35,868 bases of DNA from Promethearchaeota archaeon (GTDB lineage: Archaea > Asgardarchaeota > Lokiarchaeia > Sigyniarchaeales > SOKP01): contig JAHLWH010000032.1 in assembly GCA_019058015.1 (NCBI GenBank), forward strand, positions 1 through 35,868, written 5' to 3'. Below the pieces are notes generated by a model, which was given only the letters and a program-made list of their open reading frames with translations, was not told where the DNA came from and searched no databases. A program made the position numbers and the translations under genes. Positions 17,560-27,178 of the stretch are shown here, piece by piece. The stretch's first letter is position 1. Every line of letters starts with the position of its first letter.

Positions 17560-18087
17560 ATGATTGATGATAGCAAAGATGAAATTTTAATTGGTTTGAT
17601 AGCAGATACACACATCCCTTCCCGATGTGTAGAAATTCCTAAAATAATTATTGATGATTTTTTAGATAAGAGTGTGGATTATGTGTTTCATTTGGGCGAC
17701 TTTACTGAGTATCGTGTGTATGAAGAGTTACAAGATATATTTGGAAAGCACAAGGTCATAGGAATTAGAGGAAATATGGATGATTCGAAAATTAATGCAG
17801 AATTACCTGATCGCTTAGAATTAACTGCGTATGGATATAATATTTTGTTATTACATGGCTGGGGTGGTCCTAATATGGTGATACGACGTTTAAAGAAACA
17901 TGTTGATTTGGAAAAATATCATATTATATTATTTGGACATATACACAAGCCATTAACTGAAAAGGTTGAGAATCAATATTTCATTAATCCAGGGACCCCA
18001 ACTGATAAAAAATTCACGGACATTAACTCATATGGATTTTTAACTTTATCAAAGGAGAAAATTAAACCTGAAATTCGTTATTTATAA
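17560..18087 (+). CDS. YfcE/Vps29-family metallophosphoesterase
   Basis: ADTH, HLGDF, RGNMD, LLHG, FGHIH, INPG motifs. ATG 17560 preferred over TTG 17533. Confidence 0.88.
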   Translation: MIDDSKDEILIGLIADTHIPSRCVEIPKIIIDDFLDKSVDYVFHLGDFTEYRVYEELQDIFGKHKVIGIRGNMDDSKINAELPDRLELTAYGYNILLLHGWGGPNMVIRRLKKHVDLEKYHIILFGHIHKPLTEKVENQYFINPGTPTDKKFTDINSYGFLTLSKEKIKPEIRYL

Positions 18088-18113
18088 TCTTTTTTTCATT
18101 AATCTGTTATTTA

Positions 18114-20561
18114 TTACTTAGATCTGTCGTTTGCTACTTCTATGCATTTTCCTATAGTAACGACCTCATCATCCTCATGAAGATCCATTGCTTTAACTCC
18201 TTGTGTGACTCTGTGGCTAACTCTAATTGAATCACAATGGATTCTTATAACTTGTCCTTTTTTTGTGCCTAATAATAAATCTTTCCCTGCAGCCCGTTGT
18301 ATTGCGATTACTTCATCATCCTTCGATTTACAATGAATATTTATTACTCCTTTTGCGTTTCTTGAGGTTTTTCTGTATTCTTTAACCGAACTACATTTTC
18401 CTAATCCTTTTTTAGTTAAAGTGAGAATTTTAGTTTTCTCATCCGTTAATAAAGCACCGATTACCTCATCATTTTCACGTAATTTTATACCCCTCACGCC
18501 CATTGCTGTCCTTCCTAGATTTTTAAGTTGTTTAACGTCAAATCTAGCGGCATAACCATTTTTTGTTCCAATAAAAATATCTTTATTCTCATCTTCGAGT
18601 TTTAATACTGTTATCAACTCATCATTTGGTCTGATTTTGATTGCAATTATTCCACTTTTAGAAATTTTTGAGAAATATTTTAATAAAGTTTTCTTGACTA
18701 ACCCATTTTTAGATACAAAAATAAGTTTATCATCTTCTGAGAATTTACTGATCGGAATCATATGGGCGATTTTTTCATTTTCTTTTAATTTTAGTAATCT
18801 AATGATTGAACGACCTTTAGATGTTCGTGATTGTTTTGGAAGGTTATAACATCTTAAGGAATAAACTCGTCCCTTACTAGTAAAAAATAGGATAAAATCA
18901 TGAGTAACACATGAGAAAATATCTTGTATGAAATCTTCCTCGTCCATTTTTATAATTTTTTTTCCTTTACCGCCCCGATGTTGTAGTTGATAAACTTCTG
19001 TTGGGATTCGTTTAATATATTGATTGCTAGTAAGTATAACAATAGTTGATTTAACTTTGATTAAATCTTGCCGTTTAATCTCTTTTTGATGAGATAAATC
19101 TAGGATCTGTGTTCTACGTTTATCACCGAACTTTTTGGATAATTCTATTAACTCATTTTTTATAATTTTATATCTTATTTTTTCATCTGCAATAATTTCT
19201 TCAAGTTCTTTTATCTTAATGATTAAATCTTTTTTATCATCTACCAGTTTTTGTCTTTCTAAGCTTGTTAATCTTGAAAGTCTCATAGCTAAAATTGCCT
19301 CAGATTGAATTTTGGTTAGACTATATTTTGTTATCAATTTTTTATTTGCTTCTGCTGCGTCTTTAGAACTTTTTATTATTTGAATGATGTTATCAATATC
19401 ATCGAGAGCAATTAATAAACCTTCAATTTTATGTAATTTCTTTTTAGCCTCATCTCGGTCAAATACAGAACGTTTATATACAACTCTTTCTCTATGATTT
19501 AAATATTCTTTAATTAATTCAAGTAAATTTAGGATCTTAGGTTGTAATCCCTTATTTATTAGTGTTAAATTAATTATATTAAATGAATCTTGGAGTTTTG
19601 TTTTTTTATAGAGAATATTTTCAACAAGTTTAGGTTCTCCATCCTTGGAGAGTTCAATAACTATTCTCATACCCTTTTGATCTGACTCATCCCTTAAGGC
19701 TTTAATATCTGGCATCTCTTTATTGCGAATGAGTTTTGCAATTGAATGCATAAGAGAAGTTTTATTTACTAAATAAGGGATTTCTGTTATTACAACTGCT
19801 GTTTTATCTTTTTTAATGTTTTCTACAGAAATTTTTCCTCTTATTATTAATTTTCCACGACCTGTTTCATATGATTGTAATATGCTTTTGGGATTTATAA
19901 TAATCCCTCCAGTTGGGAAGTCGGGACCTTTTATAATTTTTGAGAGTTCTTTAATTGAAATTTCTGGTTTTTCAATTTTCGCAATAATACCATTGCAAAT
20001 TTCAGTTAAATTGTGCGGTGCCATATTAGTCGACATTCCAACTGCAATCCCACTCGTTCCATTCACTAATAAAGTTGGAAATTTTGAAGGTAAAACTTTT
20101 GGTTCTTTATTTGATCCATCGAAATTATCCATAAACTCTACTGTCTCTTTTTTAATATCTTCAAAAATTTCATTTGAAATTTGTGCTAGCCTTGCTTCTG
20201 TATATCGCATTGCTGCTGGTGGATCTCCATCAACAGAACCAAAATTGCCATGGCCTTGAATCAGAGGATATCTTATCGAAAAATCTTGAGCTAATCGAGC
20301 TAATGAATTATAAATGGCTTGGTCTCCATGAGGATGATAATCACCAAGCACATACCCAACTATTTTAGCACTTTTAACAAATGGTCTAGTATAAAGGAAA
20401 TTGTCTCTATACATTAGATAGAGTATTCTTCTATGGACCGGCTTTAATCCATCTCTAACATCAGGAATAGCTCGCCCAACAATCACGGACATTGCATAAT
20501 CAATATACCTTTCCTCTAACTCAATTCCAATTTTTTTTTCTAAAATCTTTTCTGAACTCAT
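18114..20561 (-). CDS. gyrA: DNA gyrase subunit A
   Basis: DGLKPVHRR, YHPHGD, catalytic AAMRYTE, GyrA-box QHRGGKG, C-terminal beta-pinwheel repeats. Confidence 0.98.
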   Translation of the reverse strand: MSSEKILEKKIGIELEERYIDYAMSVIVGRAIPDVRDGLKPVHRRILYLMYRDNFLYTRPFVKSAKIVGYVLGDYHPHGDQAIYNSLARLAQDFSIRYPLIQGHGNFGSVDGDPPAAMRYTEARLAQISNEIFEDIKKETVEFMDNFDGSNKEPKVLPSKFPTLLVNGTSGIAVGMSTNMAPHNLTEICNGIIAKIEKPEISIKELSKIIKGPDFPTGGIIINPKSILQSYETGRGKLIIRGKISVENIKKDKTAVVITEIPYLVNKTSLMHSIAKLIRNKEMPDIKALRDESDQKGMRIVIELSKDGEPKLVENILYKKTKLQDSFNIINLTLINKGLQPKILNLLELIKEYLNHRERVVYKRSVFDRDEAKKKLHKIEGLLIALDDIDNIIQIIKSSKDAAEANKKLITKYSLTKIQSEAILAMRLSRLTSLERQKLVDDKKDLIIKIKELEEIIADEKIRYKIIKNELIELSKKFGDKRRTQILDLSHQKEIKRQDLIKVKSTIVILTSNQYIKRIPTEVYQLQHRGGKGKKIIKMDEEDFIQDIFSCVTHDFILFFTSKGRVYSLRCYNLPKQSRTSKGRSIIRLLKLKENEKIAHMIPISKFSEDDKLIFVSKNGLVKKTLLKYFSKISKSGIIAIKIRPNDELITVLKLEDENKDIFIGTKNGYAARFDVKQLKNLGRTAMGVRGIKLRENDEVIGALLTDEKTKILTLTKKGLGKCSSVKEYRKTSRNAKGVINIHCKSKDDEVIAIQRAAGKDLLLGTKKGQVIRIHCDSIRVSHRVTQGVKAMDLHEDDEVVTIGKCIEVANDRSK

Positions 20562-20598
20562 AATTTCACTCTAATTTTTAGTGATAAAATAAATAAAA

Positions 20599-22611
20599 TT
20601 AAATATCCAAGACTTTTACATCCTTATATTTATCTGTAATAAATTTTTTTCTGGGTTGGACGTCATCTCCCATTAATTGAGAAAATATTTGATCAGTTTC
20701 AATCAAATCTTCAATTTTAACTCGTAAAAGTGATCGATTATCTTTATTCATCGTTGTTTCATATAACTCTTGAGGATTCATTTCTCCCAAACCTTTATAC
20801 CGCTGTATTTTTATAGATCCCTTGTTTTCCATTTTTATTTTGTATTTTTCCATTAAATCCTTAACTGTATTATCCCTTTCTTTGTCATTAAATGCATATC
20901 TTGTAAAATTTCTATAATGAATTTTGTATAAAGGGGGTAAAGCAATGTAAAGATGTCCCTTTTCAATTAATGGGCGCATATATCTAAAGAAAAAAGTTAA
21001 TAAAAGTGTTTCAATATGAGATCCATCGATGTCTGCATCACACATAATAATAATTTTGTGATAACGAAGTTTAGCTAAATCGAAAGGTTCATCATCTATA
21101 CCCTCAATTCCTGCGTCAATGGTTTTAATCATTGCTTGTATCTCGTTATTATTAAGAATTTTATGAATTCGGGATTTTTCAACATTTAGAATTTTCCCTC
21201 GTAAAGGTAAAATTGCTTGAAATTCTCTATCACGCCCTTGTTTGGCCGAACCACCAGCCGAAGATCCCTCTACAATAAAAAGTTCGCATTTTTCTGATTC
21301 ACTTGAAGAGCAATCTGCAAGTTTACCGGGTAATCGAATTGAATCTAAAACAGATTTCCTACGAATTAACGATTTCGCTTTTTGAGCAGCATCTCTTGCT
21401 TTTTTTGCTTCTAATGCTTTATAAATTATTGATTTTGCAATCTCCGGATTTTCTTCCAAATATTTTTCTAATTCATTAGATACAATCCTACTAACTATTT
21501 GTCTTATTTCAGGATTTCCTAGTTTTATCTTTGTTTGGCTTTCAAATTGTGGATCAGGCAACATTATTGAGAGAATTGCTGTTAATCCTTCTCTAACATC
21601 TTCACCTGATAATATCACGTCTTTAAATTTCTTAAATTTTTCATTTTCAAGATATGAATTCATAACCCTTGTTAATGCACCTTTAAATCCGGTTAAGTGA
21701 GTACCCCCTTCTATAGTATTAATTGTATTTACAAAAGTTAAAATGTTTGTCCCATAACTTTGATTATATTGCATAGCTACTTCAACTAAAATTTCTTCCG
21801 TACCAGATTCTTTTTTTTTAACAAAAGCTTTTTTAAGATAAATTGGAGTTGGAATCAATAATTTCTTATTTTTATTAAGAAAAGATACAAAATCTATCAA
21901 GCCCCCCTTAAAATAATATTCAATGGGTTCTTCAATATTTTCATTTAGGATTGAAAATTTTGTGTTGGGAGCAAGAAAAGCTAATTCTCTCACGCGATTA
22001 GATATTTTACTAATATTCCATATATCATCTTCGGGATTAAAATCAAATATTTCATTATCTGGATAGAATGAGATTTTGGTTTCAGTTATATTTACTTCAT
22101 TTTCTGGTAAATTTATTATTTCAGGTTCGGAAACACTTACGCCTTTAGAAAATATTTGTTTATAAAGTTTTCCCTCTCTTTTTATTTCAACAATCAATTT
22201 TTCAGTTAGTGCACTCACAACAGAAAGCCCCACTCCATGCAAACCACCTGATATCCTATATGCTTTACTATCAAATTTACCTCCTGCATGTAAATGCTCA
22301 AGAATAACTTCTGGAGTGTATTTACCATATTCTGGATGTTTTCCGATTGGAATTCCACGTCCATTGTCGATAATCTCAACAGAATTATCAGAATTTATAA
22401 TAATATCAATTTTATCGCAAAATCCTGCCAAACTTTCATCTATTGAATTATCAATGACTTCAAAAATAAGGTGGTGCAGTCCATTTTCCCCAGTATCGCC
22501 AATATACATAGCAGGTCTTTTTCTAACTCCTTCTAATCCCTTTAAAACTTTAATACTTTCTGCATCATAAACGGAATTGTTTTGATTTTGGGGGTGTTTA
22601 TTTGAATCCAA
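20599..22611 (-). CDS. gyrB: DNA gyrase subunit B
   Basis: VRKRPAMYIG, EVIDNSIDE, SGGLHGVG, EGSSAGGSAKQGR, PLRGKILN, DADIDG, QRYKGLGEMN. TTG start with purine-rich SD. Confidence 0.98.
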   Translation of the reverse strand: MDSNKHPQNQNNSVYDAESIKVLKGLEGVRKRPAMYIGDTGENGLHHLIFEVIDNSIDESLAGFCDKIDIIINSDNSVEIIDNGRGIPIGKHPEYGKYTPEVILEHLHAGGKFDSKAYRISGGLHGVGLSVVSALTEKLIVEIKREGKLYKQIFSKGVSVSEPEIINLPENEVNITETKISFYPDNEIFDFNPEDDIWNISKISNRVRELAFLAPNTKFSILNENIEEPIEYYFKGGLIDFVSFLNKNKKLLIPTPIYLKKAFVKKKESGTEEILVEVAMQYNQSYGTNILTFVNTINTIEGGTHLTGFKGALTRVMNSYLENEKFKKFKDVILSGEDVREGLTAILSIMLPDPQFESQTKIKLGNPEIRQIVSRIVSNELEKYLEENPEIAKSIIYKALEAKKARDAAQKAKSLIRRKSVLDSIRLPGKLADCSSSESEKCELFIVEGSSAGGSAKQGRDREFQAILPLRGKILNVEKSRIHKILNNNEIQAMIKTIDAGIEGIDDEPFDLAKLRYHKIIIMCDADIDGSHIETLLLTFFFRYMRPLIEKGHLYIALPPLYKIHYRNFTRYAFNDKERDNTVKDLMEKYKIKMENKGSIKIQRYKGLGEMNPQELYETTMNKDNRSLLRVKIEDLIETDQIFSQLMGDDVQPRKKFITDKYKDVKVLDI

Positions 22612-22872
22612 AAATTAATCCTTCCTACCTATTTTTTTCTAATTATATTTGATTTAATATAGGTGAAAACGTATTCTTTATTTGTAGGCTTCTATATAAA
22701 TATAAGACAATTAACGATATAAACCTATAGGAGTTTTTTTTATCAATTTTGGAAAATAAATTATCAAAATCTATAATGAAAATTAGAAGTTATTATTGTT
22801 TTCCGAAATATGTTGCAAAATTTTATACAATTATTATTTAGAAAATTCTCTGTTCTAGAAAGATGATATCAT

Positions 22873-23760
22873 TTAAATCCAATTTTTCCTATGATCTCTT
22901 ATTATTTTAGCCATTCTTATAAAATTATAGAAATCCTTATCTACATCGTGAGTTCTAACAATATGTGCACCATTATAAACGGCAATAGCCGTAGATGATA
23001 ATGATCCAAAATATCTATCTTTAGCATCGGGAATATCCAACGCATTTCCAATAAAAGATTTTCTGGATATCGCAACAAGTATTGGTTTCTTTAGAGATCT
23101 TAACTTATAAAGTTCGTTAATTATACCGATATCATATTGGAAGGTTTTTTCCTTAATCCATGCTCCAATTCCGGGATCTATTATGATTTTATCACTTGCA
23201 AAACCCTCATCCTCTAAAGATTTAATTGATTCATGTAATATATCCGAAATTTTTTCAATTAATAGGAGATCTCCGGGAATATTTTTTGATGCCATTAATA
23301 TTATGGGAATTTCCTTTTTGACTATAAAATCCTTTAGAGTCACATCTGTTTTAAGATTAGACACATCATTAATAATCATGTATTTATTGTGTTTACTTAT
23401 TGTTTCATAACACATTTCTGCAATCTTTTTGTATTGGGTATCAACGGAGATTATTATCTCTTGTGGGATTAATTTGCATACCCTTTTTATTACAGGAATT
23501 ATCCGATTCAATTCTTCATCGATAGAAATTTTTGCAGACCATGGAGCAGTCGAACGCGCACCAATATCTATAATTTTAGCACCATTTTGAATCATATTTT
23601 CAATAATGGAAGATAAATCATTTAAATCCATTAAAACAGAACCTTTATAGAATGATTCTGGACTTAGATTTATTACTCCTATAATTGTAATTGGGAAAGA
23701 ATCACCTATCTCTAAGCAATCAAACAATTTAATGTTAATTAAACTCATATGATCCTGCAC
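22873..23760 (-). CDS. folP: Dihydropteroate synthase
   Basis: GVINLSPESF, IIDIGARSTAP, SVDT, INDVS, DPGIG, SRKSFIG, IVRTHDV. Confidence 0.93.
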   Translation of the reverse strand: MQDHMSLINIKLFDCLEIGDSFPITIIGVINLSPESFYKGSVLMDLNDLSSIIENMIQNGAKIIDIGARSTAPWSAKISIDEELNRIIPVIKRVCKLIPQEIIISVDTQYKKIAEMCYETISKHNKYMIINDVSNLKTDVTLKDFIVKKEIPIILMASKNIPGDLLLIEKISDILHESIKSLEDEGFASDKIIIDPGIGAWIKEKTFQYDIGIINELYKLRSLKKPILVAISRKSFIGNALDIPDAKDRYFGSLSSTAIAVYNGAHIVRTHDVDKDFYNFIRMAKIIRDHRKNWI

Positions 23761-23865
23761 GTCTCTAAGAAGTTCTTTATTATAAAATAATAAACATTAT
23801 GAAATAATAATTATTTCATTTTATTATAATAAGAAAATTGTCTTGAGTCCGTAATAGATGATTAT

Positions 23866-24651
23866 ATGATTGTTAATAGCGTAAAATTGCCAATTATTAA
23901 ATCCAATGATGATTTACTTCAAATTATTTTAGATACATTCGAGGAAAAAGATATTATTCTTGGAGATAAAGATATTGTGGTTATTTCTGAGAAAATTATT
24001 GCTACTGCACAAGGAAGAGTTGTAGATCTTACCAGTATTGGAAACGTTTCAGATCAAGCAAAAGAGTTAGCATTAAAATATAAAATGGATGAACGTATAG
24101 TAGAATTGATATTAAACGAAGCGGATATGGTATTAGGTGGAATAGATACTGTAGTATTAGCAGAAATCAATGGATTGTTAATTGCCAATGCAGGAATTGA
24201 TCATTCGAATTCGGGTGGTGAAAATTTTGTTGTGTTATTGCCAAAAAACCCTCAAAAAACCGTTAATGAATATCGAGCATTCTTTATGAAGGAATTTGAT
24301 CTTAAAAATTTAGGAGTAATTTTAGCGGATTCAAGGGTCCAGCCTTTAAAAAAAGGAACCATTGGTGTAGCTATTGCTGTTTCGGGTTTTGAACCAATTG
24401 AAGATTGTCGAGGTCGTGCCGATTTATTTGGAAGACTACTTCAAATTACCCAACGAGCTGTAGCAGATGACTTAGTGAGTGCAGCTCAAATTTTACTAGG
24501 TGAAGCTGATGAGCAAACACCCATTGTTATAATTAAAGGGGCACCAATTACTTTTATTGATAAGCCACCAAGTTCTATGCAAATGGATCCTGAAGAATGT
24601 TTATATATGAATATATTTGCACAATATCTACTGAAAAAAAAAAAACGATAA
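23866..24651 (+). CDS. cofE: CofE-family gamma-glutamyl ligase (F420-0:L-glutamate ligase or FolC2-type)
   Basis: DIVVISEKII, ANAGIDHSN, GVILADSR..PL..GTIGVAI, DLFGR.L, GEADEQTP. Confidence 0.85.
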   Translation: MIVNSVKLPIIKSNDDLLQIILDTFEEKDIILGDKDIVVISEKIIATAQGRVVDLTSIGNVSDQAKELALKYKMDERIVELILNEADMVLGGIDTVVLAEINGLLIANAGIDHSNSGGENFVVLLPKNPQKTVNEYRAFFMKEFDLKNLGVILADSRVQPLKKGTIGVAIAVSGFEPIEDCRGRADLFGRLLQITQRAVADDLVSAAQILLGEADEQTPIVIIKGAPITFIDKPPSSMQMDPEECLYMNIFAQYLLKKKKR

Positions 24652-24707
24652 AAAGAAAGAATAGATTTAATTTTTATCCCAAATAAATTAACAAAATGTT
24701 AGCTATT

Positions 24708-24736
24708 ACGTTTGGGATCCCATTTGATCCCAACGT
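24708..24736. terminator. Stem-loop between convergent cofE-like and vapC genes
   Basis: ACGTTTGGGATC-N6-GATCCCAACGT, an 11-bp stem with a 1-nt bulge. Confidence 0.4.
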
Positions 24737-24933
24737 TAACCACGATGAAAAACGCAAGGTTTTTAAAATGGGAGGAAAATGGTTGAGACTAAAAATATAA
24801 CAGAATATGCAACAGTTAGAAATAGAGATGAATGGGCTTCCGCATTAGTAGCAGCAGAATTTCTTACTTAATAAAATCCTTCGAAATTTTTTACATTTGG
24901 AATACAGATTGAATTTCTTAAAAGATACTTCTT

Positions 24934-25389
24934 TTATTTATCTTTCTTATTATTTTTAATATAATTTTCACAGAATTCCTTAGCTGTGAGGATATCCGTA
25001 AGGCTTTTAGCTTTTTCGAATTCTAGATCGTTTGTAATTAAACAAGATGCTCGTTCTAGTGTAGAACTAGCAACTATGATACAATCAGGTAATTTTAAAT
25101 TAGTTTTATACTTAATTTCTCCAGATTTATCTGCTAATTTTAGATCAAGATTAATGATTTTATAATTTTTATTGGAATATAGCCCTGCAAAAAATTCATC
25201 TTTATCTTTTAATTCATTAGTTTTATTATAACCTATACTTAATTCAGCGATAGTTACGATAGAAACAATGGCTTTTATATTACCTTCATCAATTTCATTT
25301 AATATAGTTTTAGAAAATTCATAAAATGGCTCTTCTTTATTTTTTACATTTAAGAAGATATTTGTATCTAATGTAATCTTCATTCCCAT
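24934..25389 (-). CDS. vapC: PIN-domain toxin (VapC)
   Basis: ITLDTNIF, SIVTIAEL, LKLPDCIIVAS, LITND. Confidence 0.9.
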   Translation of the reverse strand: MGMKITLDTNIFLNVKNKEEPFYEFSKTILNEIDEGNIKAIVSIVTIAELSIGYNKTNELKDKDEFFAGLYSNKNYKIINLDLKLADKSGEIKYKTNLKLPDCIIVASSTLERASCLITNDLEFEKAKSLTDILTAKEFCENYIKNNKKDK

Positions 25390-25613
25390 TCTTCCCGCAA
25401 ATTTCTTTGAAACTTTACACTACTAATTTTCCAGGGTTTTTGCTTTTCTAATATTTCGGAGATTTTATTGGTTCCAGACTTTCTAATAATTATTTCATTC
25501 TCTTCTAAATTAAAGATTAATCGGTCTCCTTGGACAATGCCCAATCTATCCCTAATTTCCTTAGGGATTGTTATTTGTCCCTTTTCGCTAATTACAGAGG
25601 TACCAATTATCAT
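25380..25613 (-). CDS. vapB: AbrB/MazE-fold antitoxin (VapB)
   Basis: SEKGQITIPKEIRDRLGI..GD; overlaps the PIN gene start. Confidence 0.9.
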   Translation of the reverse strand: MIIGTSVISEKGQITIPKEIRDRLGIVQGDRLIFNLEENEIIIRKSGTNKISEILEKQKPWKISSVKFQRNLREEWE

Positions 25614-25761
25614 AAATAATTACTTTATAATTCCTACAAAAAAATAAATCTTTTCATACTAATAAGTTTTACTCACAATTTCAAATTGTATTATATTTTA
25701 TTTTAAATGAACATATTTTTAAAAAAAGATTTAAACTGTCTTTTATTTACTTAATTCGAAA

Positions 25762-27063
25762 ATGAAGGAATCAAAATATATGACAATTGAGGAAGCTCTG
25801 AAAAAGGATTCTATTAATGTAAATTTGAGAGGTTGGGTATATAGAGAAAGAAAATCTAACAAATTTGTATTCATTGTTTTAAGGGACGAATCTGACATAA
25901 TACAATGTGTTATATCTAAAAATAAAAATCCAGAACTCTTTGAAAAAGCTGAAAAACTAACAATTGAGTCTTCAATAAAGGTGTCTGGTGAATTAAAGAA
26001 GGATGAGAGGGCTCCCACCGGCTATGAAATTTCTGTAACTGATTTGGAAATTATCCAAATTGCCGAACCGTTTCCAATTACCGAACATCAATCACCTGAA
26101 CTTTTATATGATAATAGACATCTTTGGTTAAGATCAAGGAAATTAAACGCAGTTTTAAAAATTCGACACACAGTTGTTGGAGCTATTCATGGGTTTTTTA
26201 GAAATCATGGTTATTATGAATTTGACGCACCAATTTTCCAACCTACCCAATCTGAAGGTGGTGCTACATTATTTGAAGTTAAATATTTTGAAGATAAGAT
26301 ATATCTAAGCCAAACATGGCAATTATATGCTGAGGCAGCGATCTTTTCCTTAGGAAAAATTTACAATATGGGACCAACTTTTAGAGCAGAAAGATCAAAA
26401 ACTTCCAGACATTTAGCAGAATTTTGGATGGCTGAAATGGAAGCTGCATGGATGAAGTTTGATGAGGTCACCGAAGTTGCAAAAGATGAAATCAGATTTA
26501 TTATACAAGAAGTTTTAAAACATAATAAAAAAGAACTTGAAATTTTAAAGAGAGATATTAAGCTGCTGGAACATTACATGAAAACAGAATATCCTACAAT
26601 TAAGTATGCAGAAGTTTTAGATATTCTTAATAATAAATACCAAATGAATGTCCCTTGGGGTAAGGATTTAAGAACCATTGAAGAAGCAAAAATAGCCGAA
26701 CATTTTAAAGTTCCTGTGGTTGTCACACATTATCCCATAGAAATTATGGGTTTTTATAAACCACCCAGTGAAGAAAATCCTAAAGAAGCATTATGTTTTG
26801 ATATGCTAGCTCCAGAAGGATATTGTGAAATTATAGGTGGGTCAGAAAGAAATACATCCGTGAGTGATATGATTCAGAGATTAGAAGCAGATGGCGAAGA
26901 TCCTAAAAATTATGACTGGTATTTTGATTTGAGACGATATGGTAGTGTTCCTCATTCAGGTTATGGTTTAGGTGTGGAAAGAGTAATCAGCTGGGTCTGC
27001 GGATTAGATAACATCAAAGATGCCATTCCTTTCCCTAGAACTATGTTAAGAAAAGCACCTTAA
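25762..27063 (+). CDS. asnS: Asparaginyl-tRNA synthetase
   Basis: OB-fold LRGWV, motif 2 FRAERSKTSRHLAEFWMAEME, EIIGGSER, DLRRYGSVPHSGYGLGVER (AsnRS-type rather than AspRS-type signatures). Confidence 0.9.
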   Translation: MKESKYMTIEEALKKDSINVNLRGWVYRERKSNKFVFIVLRDESDIIQCVISKNKNPELFEKAEKLTIESSIKVSGELKKDERAPTGYEISVTDLEIIQIAEPFPITEHQSPELLYDNRHLWLRSRKLNAVLKIRHTVVGAIHGFFRNHGYYEFDAPIFQPTQSEGGATLFEVKYFEDKIYLSQTWQLYAEAAIFSLGKIYNMGPTFRAERSKTSRHLAEFWMAEMEAAWMKFDEVTEVAKDEIRFIIQEVLKHNKKELEILKRDIKLLEHYMKTEYPTIKYAEVLDILNNKYQMNVPWGKDLRTIEEAKIAEHFKVPVVVTHYPIEIMGFYKPPSEENPKEALCFDMLAPEGYCEIIGGSERNTSVSDMIQRLEADGEDPKNYDWYFDLRRYGSVPHSGYGLGVERVISWVCGLDNIKDAIPFPRTMLRKAP

Positions 27064-27178
27064 TAAAGAAATCTGATTGTGGTACTTCAGTCAAATTTTT
27101 TAGAAATATACAATTATTAACAATGAGTTATTTAAGAGAAGTTTATTCTAAATTATTTAGAAGTTTGGTTTGTTATTA

